A stretch of 57,446 bases of DNA from Octopus bimaculoides (GCF_001194135.2 NC_068991.1:44037660-44095105), one strand, 5' to 3'. Positions 25,301 to 38,765 are shown, counted from the stretch's first letter. Program-made: numbers and translations. The notes: generated by a model from the sequence alone, not told the origin.

Positions 25301-27899
25301 AATCTCTGAAGCCTCATTGAGTCTGAACCTTATGCCAGTATTACATACTATTTGGCATGTTTGAACACAAATCAAGGAAACATATGAATGCTAAATCGAA
25401 CATCTTGTTAGTTCAACATTTTACACACATTTCTCTTTCCTTTATATAGTAGCTTTCATTGCATAAGTATTGGGAAATTATGCTAAAGCTGTAGAACATT
25501 TATCTAAGGTGGAACATTTTGAATTCACATATCATTGCAAGCAGTGTACCTTGGGCAATTTACTCAACTATCTCTACACTATGAGCATGGAACAAGATCT
25601 GGCAAATCTGTAAATTTATGATAGAATACTGTACTGCCATGTAACTGATATATGGTTTGATATATGCCACTCCTATCCCAATGAAATATCACATTAAATG
25701 CTTCTCTTAATACTTTCTCTTCATTACTGCCACTTTTTTGAAACATTAAGCCTTGTCAAGTTTTTTCCCTACTAATATTGACCATACCAGTTTGGAAAAA
25801 CTATAAGTTCTGCCCTTGAAGCTAAATGCTTGAAACAATAAACTGGCATGCTTATCTTAATGGCTATATATTGATGTCACACCTAACACTTCTGAAACTA
25901 ACCCTAAATTGACAGAGTCACACTGACCTTCACCAGTTTTATTCTAACAGGAATGCTACCACTAAAGTTACAAAAAGTAACTCTAAAAACTTTTAACTAT
26001 GCAGAACAATCTCTAAACCCGAATATATATTCTTCTACCCCTAAAAATATCTCAAATCCTTATTCTCCATATGCTGTTCAACTATAATGTTGTCCCTTGA
26101 GCTTCATTAGAGCTAGTTGATGCCAAACTTGTGCCCACATCTTTCTCTTCATTCATTTTTAATTAACATCCCTCTTCCCTTCTCTCCACTTTTCTCTCTC
26201 TCACTCTCTCTCTCTTTCTCTCTCCCTCTCTCACACACACACCATATCTTATAATTGTTTAGTATCCAGTTACATTACTATAATTACTGACAATTCTTAC
26301 CAGTGGGTTCCCCTTTCCACTTTTCTGTTTATTTTTTTGTTTGAGAGAAGGTTATGGGTGTACACACACACACAAATATATATAATACACATGCATACCT
26401 GCAGACATGCTTACAAATGTAAAAAACTTTTTAAATACATTAACATACATATAACAATTAAAATGCCTTTCTGATTGTGTAATATATGTATTTGTGTCTA
26501 TGAATATGTGTATACATTTGTATGTGCTTGATTTTTGATAAGTAATGTATCTTTGTTTGCTTCTTAAAGAGTATATGTGTGTATGCTAATGGTTTTATGT
26601 GTGCTTGGCCCTTGCTATTATCATGTCAACAATTTCCTTGCTAAGTCTTAATTGCCACCTGCTTTTTCAAAAGTACTTTAAAAAAACTGAAGTACAGGCA
26701 ATTCACAGAGTTTTTAATTTACCTTGCAAAAATTTTTTTCTATTGTTTTTGCCACAACCCACAATGTTTATTTGTATGTATGGTAATGTTTTTGCTCTGA
26801 ATTCTACTGTAGGATATTTCTTTTGTTCTTGTGGTAAATTTTAAATAATCACTTCTATTCTTCTGTTTGTTTAGCTCCAGGTCAGTCACCATTAATCAAA
26901 CGACATCCTATAGCTTCTCATGCAATGTTTCATTATGTAAGATACTGTGGTAGTCTGAATATATTCTATTCAAATATGATAGAGGCTTAAATATTTAATA
27001 TAATGAGTTGAAAAACTCTGAGACTATCCAAGCAATTAGGAACCAAAACCCACCTCTAGGGCTTTTCAAAATCTGAAAACAGCAAATAAGGGAAATAATT
27101 ACAATAAGATCTGTTGATTGAAATATTTCTGCTGTATGCACAAGATTCATTTGAGTGTATCCTACCTTTAAAGTCAGTTGCTGAATACAATGGACATGTG
27201 TTTTAATCTAGCTAGATCTCACAAAGTAAATTCAGAGCAGTTGGAAAAACCTAGAAGGGATCAATATATATAGTATACAGTAATAGAGGGCATGTAGTAA
27301 TGTGGATCAGGAATTTCAGTAATATAGCTAAAAGGAAATACTTCAGGGGAGCAGTTTACGTATTAAATACAATTACAGTAGGATTTAACTTCAATCAATT
27401 TATATTATCTAAACAATTAGTAAAAGTTCACTATATTCTATTCAGCTTGCTATCCACTATGCCTTTGGTATGCCCTAGAGTTTTGATGCTGATTGCTGAG
27501 AGAAACTGTGAGAAAAAACAGTCAATATAAAAAAATAGCTTTGCCACCTTTCTACTTTTAAACTAATCTTTAACATGAAATATGTTTCCCAAGAATGTCA
27601 CAGTTAATTATCTGTTAGCACATCAGTCACTGCTCTTTTCATCTATACCACCATCACTGCTGCAAGCTGTTTCTGGGTTACAGCTATCTTCAGAGATGTT
27701 CATCATCTGTGCCATTTATTGCATCATTGATTCCACACTATTTATTGCCTTAGCTATTATTTTTACTACCAATGATGACTAGCCTACCAACATACCTGTA
27801 CAATAAGCAGGTGGCTTTAGTCATCCTGTTGGCATTATGAAATCCCCAATTGTTATCCACTTGTTCCACTCATCTTGAAAAATATATTTGAATGGCTTG

Positions 27900-28700
27900 T
27901 TGACTGAAATGTCCTGTGGTTAAGATTGGGCATGACATTAAACCACTGAAGATATATGCTTGTTTAGCTATTAATTTGTGATTTATTCAACAAACCAATA
28001 GGACACCATAATAATTCTTTCTCCATCCAGAGTTTTCACACTGCCTTTGTTCATTCAATCCATATGATGCACATTTTCCTTGGGAATTGTTTTTCATTTA
28101 ATAGAAAGAAGCTTTGTGCTACCTGTACAACATTCAATACAACAGTATTGTGGATTTTTTTCATAACCCACTTGTTTTTAAATTCAGTTTTTGCACTTAT
28201 ATTTTAAGTTTTGTTCACCAGCTCATAGCATATTAACAGAACTTAATCTGTATTGTTTAATTTTCTTTATTACAATTCGTTTCCTTTCTGGCATTGATCT
28301 TATATTTGTGAAATTGGAAATATTTTCCCCCCACCATATGCTTCAGGCATTTTCTGTGCAATTCTAGTTTATTTCACATTTATGCTTAGGATACACCTCT
28401 TCATCAATTGATAACATCAATATGAAGATCCAGCAAATTCATCTACTTCTGCCAGTCTCTTTATTTCACATATTATCATCTTTTTTGAGACTGTACACTC
28501 TATACTCCAACAATTTGTAGCTTGTAATTAATATTGTGTGTCTGTCTTCTCTACCCAGTGGCCATTGTTTAATGTTGTAGCTAGATGACTAAATGACAGC
28601 TGATTAGTAGTGTCTTCTTGGGTTGTACTTCTGCCTATTTATAACTGGCATGTGAGACATCATTGCCAATTCACATTAACCAAATAAGACAAATAGCTTT
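27900..28700 (-). mobile_element. Highly decayed RTE-type LINE fragment
   Basis: Weak frame-broken resemblance to RT C-terminal and Cys-rich motifs only. Confidence 0.35.
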
Positions 28701-28741
28701 CTGAGACCAGTGCCAGTAAAACACTTTTGTATTTCAAACTA

Positions 28742-28922
28742 CCGTATTTTAACATGTATAAGGAATCTTTGTGTATAAGGAACCCCCTAATTTTGGGGGC
28801 TTAAAATTTGGAAAAAAGGTTTGGTGAGGGATTATAATACTATCCACATATAAGAAACTCCCGTATTGTTTTAACCTAATTTTTGACAAAAAAGGGTTCC
28901 TTTTATACACATTAAAATAAGG
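28742..28922. mobile_element. pogo/Tc-type MITE
   Basis: TA|CCGTATTTTAACATGTATAAGGAA ... TTCCTTTTATACACATTAAAATAAGG|TA imperfect TIRs. Confidence 0.75.
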
Positions 28923-28969
28923 TAGTTTTCATTAAAATGTAACAAAATTAATAAACATGGTAATCATAA

Positions 28970-29380
28970 TCTTTTATCATTTACTTCTTTCAGTCATTAG
29001 ACTGCGGTCATGCAGGGGTACTGCCTTGAAGAATTTTTAGTCAAATGAATTGACCCCAGTACTTATGGTTTTTTTAAACCTGGTACTTATTCTATTAGTC
29101 TCTTTTGCTGAACCACTAAGTTACAGGGACATAAACATACCAACACTGGTTGCCAAGTAGTTGTGGGGGACAAACACAAACGTGCACGCGTGCACACACA
29201 CACACACACATATATGATGAGCTTTGTTCAATTTCCATCTTCTAAATCCATTCACAAGGCTTTGGTTGGCTTGAGGATATAGTAGAAGACACTTCCCCAA
29301 AGTGTCATGCAGTGGGACTGGACCCAGAACACTGTGATTGGGAAGCAAGTTTTTTACTATACAGCCATGCCTGCACCTAT
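28970..29380 (-). mobile_element. SINE family A, full length. Further copies or fragments at ~24185-24345 (-), ~30040-30205 (+), ~42435-42745 (+), ~45040-45610 (+, split) and ~55760-55920 (+)
   Basis: Reverse-complement match to 6158-6526 across head, body and tail. Confidence 0.85.
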
Positions 29381-30927
29381 ATAATACTAGTTAATTACAT
29401 GTGAATTGTAACTGTACACTTATATTACAAAACTGGAGTTCTAGTGAGAACTGGACCCAGCTAACAAACTCCAGTCTAGAACCTGATAAGATGCAGGATG
29501 ACATTTGAGAATTTTTTCCACGATAAGGTCTGTGTTTTATGAACCAGGAAATACAGTATTTCTCTATTCCTTATGTACAAAGGAAGCTTTGACCAATTCA
29601 AATGTAATAATTTATTGTCATTCATTTGTTATTTCAAAGCTGTAATTACATTTCTAAACTGACCCAAAAGAACATTAAAATGAAGCATTGAAAATTGCTT
29701 AAAATGTTGCCTAGTTCATAGCCACTATACACATACACACACACACAATGGAGTGGTTCGTGTTAGGAAGGGCATCCAGCTGTAGAAACCATGCTGGAAC
29801 AGACAATGGAGTCTAGTGCAGCCCTGGCCTTAGCAGTTCTGGTCAAACCATCCAACCCATGCCAGCATGGAAAACAGATGTCAAACGATGATAATGATAC
29901 ACACACAAACACATGTTTGGTCTGCCTATCTAGCTAGTGGTATGGTATCATTGTTTGAATGCTACATCAATGCAAGGAAGCACATTGTGAACAGCAGTAT
30001 ATAATATACAATAGTTTGGTTGATACTGTGATTTGTGCATGTGTGTAGTAAGAACCTTGCTTCCCAAACACATGGTTCTGGGTTCAGTCCCACTGCACAG
30101 CACTTTGGGCAAGTGTAAGTACTGGGTGCTTAATTCATTTGACTAAAAATTCCTCTGCATGATGCCTTAGCATGGCTGCTGTCTAATGACTGAAACAAGT
30201 AAAAAATATATCCAAAAATGCATGGCCTTTATTTCTCAATTTTTGAGGTCTATAATCAATTGAATTTGCCTCCTTTTAAATATTAATACTTATTCTAATG
30301 ACACAAGAATGACGTGAAGCAAAGTCAACATCAGTAAAGTTTAAATTTTTCATTTTTTGATCTATTGACAAGATAACAATTTTCTAGACTTTTAACTTCA
30401 TCTTTACAATATATATTTTCAATATTTATATCTTCAGTAAGGCAGCAAGCAGGCAAAATGCTTGGCTGCATTTTGTCTGTCTTTACATTCTGAGTTCCAG
30501 TTTCACCGAGGTTGACTTTGCTTTTCATCCTTTTGGAGTTGATAAAATAAGCACCATTTGAGTAGCGGGGTCGATGTAATTGACTTACCTCCTCCCCCAA
30601 ACTCCCTGGCCTTGTGCCAGAATTTAAAACCAATATTTATATCTTCAGTATGGCTTAATCTTCAGTTTGGTCTCTAGTTGTCTTTAGGTGTCTTATTCCT
30701 GAATGGGCACATGGTTGTCAACTAGAATCTAACTAGGAATTTTGGTTTCTAAATTAAGGGTGGTATTTTCCTTATCCACTTGACCAGTGGCCACTGGTAG
30801 AATTTTTATTCAGAAATGTATCAAACTAAAAAACATAAAGCATTGTTCTGGTTTTCTATGCTCTGTGTATATCCCATTTATTTTATGCATTTCATATGAA
30901 ATTATTAAATTATAATATTTTCTTCAG

Positions 30928-31140
30928 GAAAGCCTTATTGTGTGCCTTGAAAGAAAGTTACCTGTTCTAATAAAAAGAAGAAAGATCAAACTTATAGTGT
31001 TGGATTCTGTTGCTGCTTTATTCCGTTCAGAGTATGCTATTGAAGATACATTACTGCGCTCCAAGCACTTGTCCAGCATCGCTAAAGAATTGCATCACGT
31101 AAACATGCATTACAATATACCTGTAATATGTGTAAATCAG
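30928..31140 (+). CDS. XRCC3: XRCC3 internal coding exon (213 bp, phase 0-0) containing Walker B
   Basis: Acceptor ttcttcAG at 30926-27 and donor GTGAGC at 31141. Translates ESLIVCLERKLPVLIKRRKIKLIVLDSVAALFRSEY...IPVICVNQ. LIVLDSVAALFR is the RecA/RAD51 Walker B region. Joins the previous exon in frame (HVPDV|ESLIVCL). Confidence 0.95.
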
Positions 31141-31834
31141 GTGAGCATGAATTACTTATCTTTTCAGATTCTATTTTGTGTTAGTGTTCATTGTTTTTCT
31201 GTATCTTTATTATCATCTAAATGCATACTTCATATACTTTCCACAAGATTGTACACATATGTATAAGGGGGAGTCAAGATTAGATAAATTTATAAAGGTT
31301 ATTAAAATATATTCGTTAAGGTTTCATAGCACTGTTCAAGATTAAAATCTTGGATTCCAATGACCAACAAATAACTAACAATATTCATAAAGTAATAAAC
31401 TGTTTCTGAGGTATTGTATGGTCTATTTGACAATTAGTTCTTAACTTTGATTTCATGGCATTAAGCTGGTGAGAGATACATCCCTCCCAAAACCAGACAT
31501 CAGTTTATGACAAACAGCTTTCCTACATTATCTAGGGACTGATACCCAATAGATATGTAAACTGAAGCCATTTAGAATAAAATGTCTTTCTTGGAACTCA
31601 ACAAAATTCCAGCAGTTTGATTTGAGCATACAAGCTATAAGTAGGTAATCTACTTGCCAGTTTATCTTAATTTATTTGGCCAGTTTATCTTAATCACATA
31701 CTTTACTGTTGTAGGGAATTAGTAATAATGGTACATCCCTCCCACATGACGAATGGAATAACCTAGTCTCTATAAATAAAGAGAAGTACATGAAGTACTG
31801 AGAGTACGTAGTAGGTGGTCAGAGATAGTCATGT

Positions 31835-32283
31835 CTTTACTGGTTTTACTAAGTATACTGTATACTAAAGTGGGCTTCATAACAACCCAACATTTTAAGG
31901 ATATAACAGTGGTGACAAGGATTTAAACAACTCATGAGGAATTAATGAACTCAATGAGGATTTTAACAACTCACAAGGAATTAACAACTCACAAGGAGTT
32001 AATAAACTCACAAAAGCTTTTGTTGTATGAATTTTACAAAAATAAATTGGAAAATTATGGAAAATTTGTTGGCCAGTTTGCTCGAGTTGCAAAAACAGCA
32101 ACAACAGCTGAAGCAACACCACCACCAACAACAACTGAAAGAACAGCAGCAGATACAGCTGCAAGAGCAACAACAGAAGTAACAACAACAAATAATATTA
32201 CTACAAATTCTTTACTGGTTTTACTAAGTATACTGTATACCGAAGTGGGCATTATAACAATCCAACATTTTAAGGATATAACA
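31835..32283. repeat. 74-bp direct repeats (31835-31908 and 32210-32283) enclosing an ~18-19-bp minisatellite and (ACA/GCA)n
   Basis: ctttactggttttactaagtatactgtatac...cattttaaggatataaca occurs twice with about 5 mismatches. A unit like ttaacaactcacaagga occurs about 5 times at 31922-32016. Confidence 0.9.
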
Positions 32284-35200
32284 TATACATAAACATTTTT
32301 CTAATTTTATTTTAATTAAACTAAATGCACTTCAATTCCAGTCAGATGAAAGTACTTTCTGAAACAGCATTAAACAGAACAACTCATACATATACCATCA
32401 CTATCTGTGATCTTCAATTTTATTACATACTCTAGAAGCAATCAGCTTTACAAATTTTTTTTACACATGATAACACTTAGATTTGCAAAACAGCTGCCTG
32501 CAATAACATGTAAACTCATATAAGCAACAAACTTGATTTACAAATTCTCAAGCACACATCACAATTATCAAATACTCTAAATGTACCTATATTGGTATAA
32601 CTTACACAAATCTCAACGGACACCTTTTCATAATGCTGCAGGGTGATTCACCTTACACATACCAAATTAGGCTGATAGAATTTCTTTAATAATACTGCAA
32701 TCCCCCTCCCTACCCCACCCAAAAAAATTAACTAAAAAATGAAAATCAATATCAGCTTTTGGAAATTTTCTCATTAAATTAGTAAATCTTTTCTCAACAG
32801 AAACTTCCATCAATGGACATCAGTTCTAGTTATGCAGCAACATGTATATTCAGAGACACTTCAAATATAACAATCTAATAAATCACATTACCCACTCAGC
32901 ACTTTATTGTAACTTGATGCTAATGGCCATATGCTATATATGTTGCTATCCAGGAACAAATTTTTTGTCAAAATACTCTTATGTGTATTTGTGTATGTAT
33001 GTAAAACATACATGCATTTGAATGTATGTAAGTATGAGTGTATTTGTGTGTACATATATGTGTGTGCATGTGTTAATTATTTAAGTTTATATGTGTGTTG
33101 TATACATGTGAATACACATATAATTTATAGATAATAGAAATTTTGTATACTTGAGTGTATGTGTGCACACACTTGTGTGTGTATGATATGTAAGATGGGT
33201 GGTGTGTGATGTATGCTTATGTCAATGTTTGTAGAAAGTTTCTATTGTTCTAAAAGTTCCTGTAATGATTAACTGATGAGTAAGTCTCCAGTGTGTGACT
33301 GTTAAATAAATTTCTCCTGTGACACAAAAGAAATAGTGGACTGACTGTGTGAAAAAAAAGTTTTCTTTTTGTTTTTTCAATTTAGTTTATTTCATTTGCT
33401 TTTTTCATTCTTTTTAGCTGGAGAATTTTCAATAAAATTTCTCCCAGAAACAATAGCATTGTTAGTATGTCAAGGCTGTTAGTTTTACCTGTAGCTATGA
33501 TAGAATTTACTAATTGTCACAGTTTTGACAGCGTAATTAGCAATGTTCCTCTACTGGTTATTATTGTTTCTTTTTTATTCCAGGGGGAGGTGGGGTCAGC
33601 TGCTGACACCAAATTTGTGGAAGTATAATAATAATTTATAAATCAACAAAATATCTAGAACATTGGGTTAAAGAAGAGTGGCAATGGGCGCAATGAATAA
33701 GGTGTTTGTCAACTGAAAAGCTGTGTGTTTGCATGCTGTCAAAAGTGCTCTTGTTGTTGTTGCAAACAGCTTTATGGAATAGTAATACATGAATTATAGA
33801 AGTGTGATGGCCTTGAAATATTGTGGTATTTCTTTGTGTATGTCTCCATGTGTGTGTGTGTGTGGAGAGAGAGAGAAAGAGAGAGCCTGTGCATCATATA
33901 ATATAGGGAATGTAGTGCTACTGTTGTTGTTCAGTCCCAGATCAATCTTCCTTGAGCAGGACTATGATCAAAAGCATTCCAGCCTTAAACACCCTATCAT
34001 TTTGCACAACTGAAATAACATTGTCTAGTAAGGTATGATTTGGTGGCAGTTTGATTGTTATTTCTAGCAGGTCAAACAACCACATATAGACTATTCGTAG
34101 TATTGTTTTTTTTGGTGTTGTATATTGTAATAGTGTATAAAATATAAAACTATGTAGGGTTTGGAGTGGTTCTAATATTTTCATACTTGAAGGTAATCAC
34201 ATAACTGTATGCCTCAAGGCCACAACATATTTCAAAATTGACTGTTTGTCCTTTTGTTTTTCTTTTTCTTTTTACTCAATTCTTGCACTTATCATATGGT
34301 GGTATAATGACCATTGCCCAATGACTGGAGCTCAATAGCACTACCTGTGCTACAAGTTTAGTGATCATTATCGTGAATGCAATATTGGTGGTCATTGCAA
34401 TGTGTGTAGCTGTTTTTAAAATTATGGTCAGAATATAGTAGTTTAAGTAATTTAGCAGTGGCTTCAGTAACACAGTTAACATTACAGTGGTGTTCCAAGC
34501 TCTAAATGTTTCATTCATTCTTTACTAAGAAGCAGATTGGTGTGAAACAGAGCAGCTTGATAGAAAGATTCAGTGATGGACTGCTGGAATTAGCTTATAA
34601 TTTGAGAGTTTATATTACAAAATCATTTCCTTTTTTTACGCAACAGTTGTGTTTGAGATTTTGTATACTGGTGCACCATTGAAGGCCTGGTCTTCATATA
34701 GCTAGTTGACTGGAATAAACTGAAGTGGCTTCTTGTTCCCTCCACACCTCTGTTCAGAGCTAAACTCAATACCACTGTGATAATTTTGTTAATTCTGGTT
34801 TTACCAAAATGCCACTACCTCCAGCAATGAACCAACTATACCACACACAACTGAAGTTGTGTATGGCATAACTGGTTCACTGTTGTGGGTAGGTGACTCA
34901 GAGTGAGGTGAGCATTATAAGTTGTATGCCTTGACCAGAGACATAATTGTAGTAGCAACGGCTTACAAACTGCAGTACCATATCAACATGGCATATTGAA
35001 TAAATAAAGTATATGAGGATAAAGAATCAGAAGAATATCTATTTGTGCATTTAAACTAGCCATATCCAACCGAAATATTCTGCTTCTCTTGTGTTCAAAC
35101 TGGTCAGATCCAACGTCTCACACCTGCTCTATAATGTCATAGTAAAAATAAACAATCACATTATTGAAATCTTGAAACCACAAGATAATGGATGATTAAT

Positions 35201-35461
35201 TCAAGATAGAGTGAATAAATAAGCATTACATTTAACAGAGCAATCTGAATGCTAAAGGGTTAAATAGATTTTTGTATATAAAAATTGATTACATCTTCTG
35301 AATTTTTATAACTATAAAGTTACCATGTTAAATATATTTCATAGTTAATCTGAATCTTTAAAAAAAATGTGACCTTTCTGAGACCAACCCTTTCAAGATA
35401 ACCTCTGGTGCCATAAAATATAAAATTATCCAAACTAAACCCTTCCATCAATATTTCATGT

Positions 35462-36620
35462 TAATTTATGTTCCAAACACTAGCTGATGTCTTGCAAACA
35501 ACTTGCACATACAAGTGCTACCAGTCGAAAACTCCGCATACCAGCAAGTGTATGGGGTCATCAGGAGAGAATGCGTGCGTTCCGGGGCCTACCTCTCGAT
35601 GGCATCAATGCACACCGGCTCCTCTCACTGATATGAGACCCCACTTGCTAGATCAACTGGTTATTAAATATAGCTCAATATTTCTCTAACCATCGCTCAT
35701 CATCTCTTTTTAACCTAAACTAGTGGCTAGTCTTCTCCACTGTAGTTTGGATATTGGTCATGGTGGTATTTACCTTACAATGAGTTAGGCCTAACGATAA
35801 CAACAGTCGTCTCACACTGTGTCCAACAAACCCTCTACATCTGACTTTGATTGGAAAATGCTCCACTTTCCAGCTTGCGTCTTCACATTCCTCGAGGAGG
35901 TTTACATAACGGTCAATCTTTCGAGCCCAAGTGGCGTCCATGTTATCTTCATATGGAACCGTTAACTCGACTAGATTTACAACTTTCTTTCCTTCACACC
36001 ACATTAAAATGTCCGGTTTTTTCTTAACTGGGATGGGAAAGAGTCCCTGGCACCCTAGTAAATCTGCAGTCACCTCCTAATAGCCGTTCCACTTTTCATC
36101 TCTCACAGGAAATTTCTTGTTTTTCTTGAAATGGATCTGCTGACCTGAGCACATGAAGGTAATGAAATATCTAGTTGGTACTTTCAACAGTTTTTTCTCA
36201 CTGTTGTTGAGATCAATTTAGTTCTTTATAGCATTGAAGATAACATTAAGGACCAGGTTGTGTCTCCATGTATACCTGTTCAATACTAATGAACAGTTGG
36301 AAAGAATATGTTTCAGTGTTCCAACCTTCCCGCATTTGCATATGTCATTCTCTGAGATGTTCCATCTTACTAGATTTGTAGGTGATGGCAAAACATCATA
36401 GGCTGAACGAATCAGAAAACTTAGCCGAGATGTGGTCCACTTCCATATCTCATCCCAACTTATTTTCCTCTCAACAACATGTTCTTCCTATCTCATTATC
36501 TGTCCTTGTTGAATACATCAGATCAAATGAATCTCTCTTCTCTCTGCTTCCCTCACTTTGACGCTGTTGCTAACAACAGATCTGCATTTGCTCCACATCA
36601 TACTGAACGAAGTTATTTTA
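35462..36620 (-). mobile_element. 5'-truncated non-LTR retrotransposon with restriction-like endonuclease (HERO/NeSL-like)
   Basis: Minus-strand peptides YDVLPSPTNLVRW, CKCGKVGTLKHILSNC (zinc knuckle), RYTWRHNQVL and KPDI...VELTVPYE...RKIDRY...FPIKVRCRGF (PD-(D/E)xK nuclease), followed by a 3' UTR. Confidence 0.9.
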
Positions 36621-36781
36621 CAAAGTGTTTCGTTATTTTAAAAATTAATTGAAACAAAATCAGTGTATTACAACAGAAATATAGTAACAAAGGCCTTAAG
36701 TCTGCAACATTAACATTTTAAGAATTAAAAAAAATATATCAATCCAAAAGTTTACAATTTTTTTACTTATTTCTCTTGCAG

Positions 36782-37039
36782 GTAGCAGCATCAGAAAAAT
36801 CAAACAGTAACATTCCTTGCTTGGGCCTGTCTTGGGCCAATCATTTAACAACACGCATTCAGTTGACCAAAGTTGAACAAACTGCTCTGCCTCCAAACGT
36901 TATTGAACAGTTTGGTCCACATGTGAGCTTCCGAAATCTTGAAGTTGTATTTGCTCCACATATTCCACAGACAGTAATCCCTTATATCATCAACAATGAT
37001 GGTGTAAAAGGAATCAGCTTGTCTAACATACTGTTGTAG
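36782..37039 (+). CDS. XRCC3: XRCC3 terminal coding exon (phase 0, stop TAG 37037-39)
   Basis: Polypyrimidine tract plus ttgcAG at 36780-81. Translates VAASEKSNSNIPCLGLSWANHLTTRIQL...RNLEVVFAPHIP...YIINNDGVKGI. PxLGLxWAN, RxLxVxxAPHxP and GVxG are XRCC3 C-terminal motifs. Joins the NQ exon in frame. Confidence 0.93.
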   Translation, partial: VAASEKSNSNIPCLGLSWANHLTTRIQLTKVEQTALPPNVIEQFGPHVSFRNLEVVFAPHIPQTVIPYIINNDGVKGISLSNILL

Positions 37040-37538
37040 ACATCAGAAACGACTTTGTTCATATAAAATGCCATAAATTACTAAATGCCACTAAATTAAA
37101 TGTTGCCAAAGTTCTTAGATCCAAAGAAGTTTTCTTGAAATATTAATTATATAGTTGTAATAGATGTTACTTATGAAATATTAATTACCCTCTTTCATTT
37201 ATAATGAATATTATTTTGAAACTAGCTACTATTTTCAATGTATAATCTCTTTTACAACTAACTTTATGGTTTTTGGCAGCAATATGTAATGGCTTCATGT
37301 GTGTGTGTGTGTGTGTGTGTAACTAGTAAAACTACTGTCAGTGAGTTAGCCATTTCAAGGACACAACTTATGCCACAGATTTCTTTTTATATACATAAAT
37401 AACTACTCTAACTTTAAATCATATCAAGTAATTAATCTTTTTGCAATTCAATGCTTCTGACAACGCTGTATAATTGCTACTGTGCTTAAGTATTCATCTT
37501 AAATCTTTTAAGCAAACTAGTAAGCTACAAAAGCTATC

Positions 37539-37544
37539 AATAAA
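37539..37544 (+). promoter_or_regulatory. Candidate XRCC3 polyadenylation signal (AATAAA)
   Basis: AATAAA about 500 nt after the stop codon. In such AT-rich DNA it could be chance, and other AATAAA hexamers follow. Confidence 0.25.
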
Positions 37545-38765
37545 TATAAAGATGCAGTATTTATTTGGAACTAAATATTTTTTGTGATTTTTGCAGTTGT
37601 AAGATGTTCTAAACTTGAAAGCTTAAAGATACCTAAAAATCTTATAAAAGATCATTTCATAAGCATCAGCTGTAAAGATTTATTTGTATCACTGCACTTA
37701 TGAGAAATAGATTGGAATAAATTGAATTAATCATAAATTATTCAGAAAAATATCTTCCTAAAAAAGTAATCAGTTTTATCTCTCAAAATAAATACTGACA
37801 AACAATATCGCTTCCCAAAAATATTAGCCTAAACTTCTTTGGTTTTAGTCTTTGGCACCATAAATTCACTGAATATTAATTTGTTTGATAAATTAAACTT
37901 GATTCTTCCAATAATCTGAGGGTGATGCAAGAGAATCAGTATGCTTTAAGTTATATTCACTGCATATGACTAAGCAACTAGTGACTGCTGAGACTTGCTC
38001 TTGCAGGCAAGGAATTTATGACAGTTTATTTGTTTTTGCTATTGTATTTTCAAAACTTTCTTTCCATTTTTAAATCAATTTTCTTGTTTATATGTCTCAT
38101 AATACCTAGGAACAACTGCTCTCACAAAATGGGTTGTGTTAACTACCTTAATTACTTTCTAGATCTCAAGTTGTGACCACTGCTTGCTGTATATGAGTGA
38201 CTAAGCAATGGTTTTACTTAAGTTCTACTTTAACAAAGAGTTTTTTTTTACTAATTTATATATGTATATATTTAAAATGTTACATTAAATTATTTTTGTA
38301 TTTTAACCTTTACAATTATTTCAACTCTGTAGCCTATGTGAAAATGAACTTGGTTACAGAATTATGGATGTTTAGACATTAGATATTTCAAACACTAAGT
38401 ACAATGCAACAACAATTACATGTAGTAGTGTATAATCACAAGTTCTCCATTCTGTGACCCATATGATGAATAATGTGTGTGTGTGTGTGTGTGTAACAAA
38501 GATATATCTTGGTTGACAGAACAAAAGTTTGTGAAGTTCCAAACATATAATGTTTATTACTGCCAACAAAAAATGTATTGTAATTGCACTGAACAACATT
38601 AAAACGATATGTACACCAAGTGAGTCAGTTCATGTTATATGTTGATAATTATTGCAAACAGCTGAAGTCATCACTTTCCATAGCTAAAGTTGGGTAGCAT
38701 AGGTTCCTACGGCCATTAGTCTTGGCTGTGTTATGACCACTGATCAGTTACAGGCACATCATCTG

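Noticed and set aside
31922-32016. Regularly spaced short repeats reminiscent of CRISPR
   Set aside because: The units are head-to-tail with no unique spacers, the context is eukaryotic and there are no cas genes.
31945-32292. 115-aa Thr/Ala-rich (mucin-like) ORF
   Set aside because: It is explained by the minisatellite and ACA/GCA repeats inside an intron.
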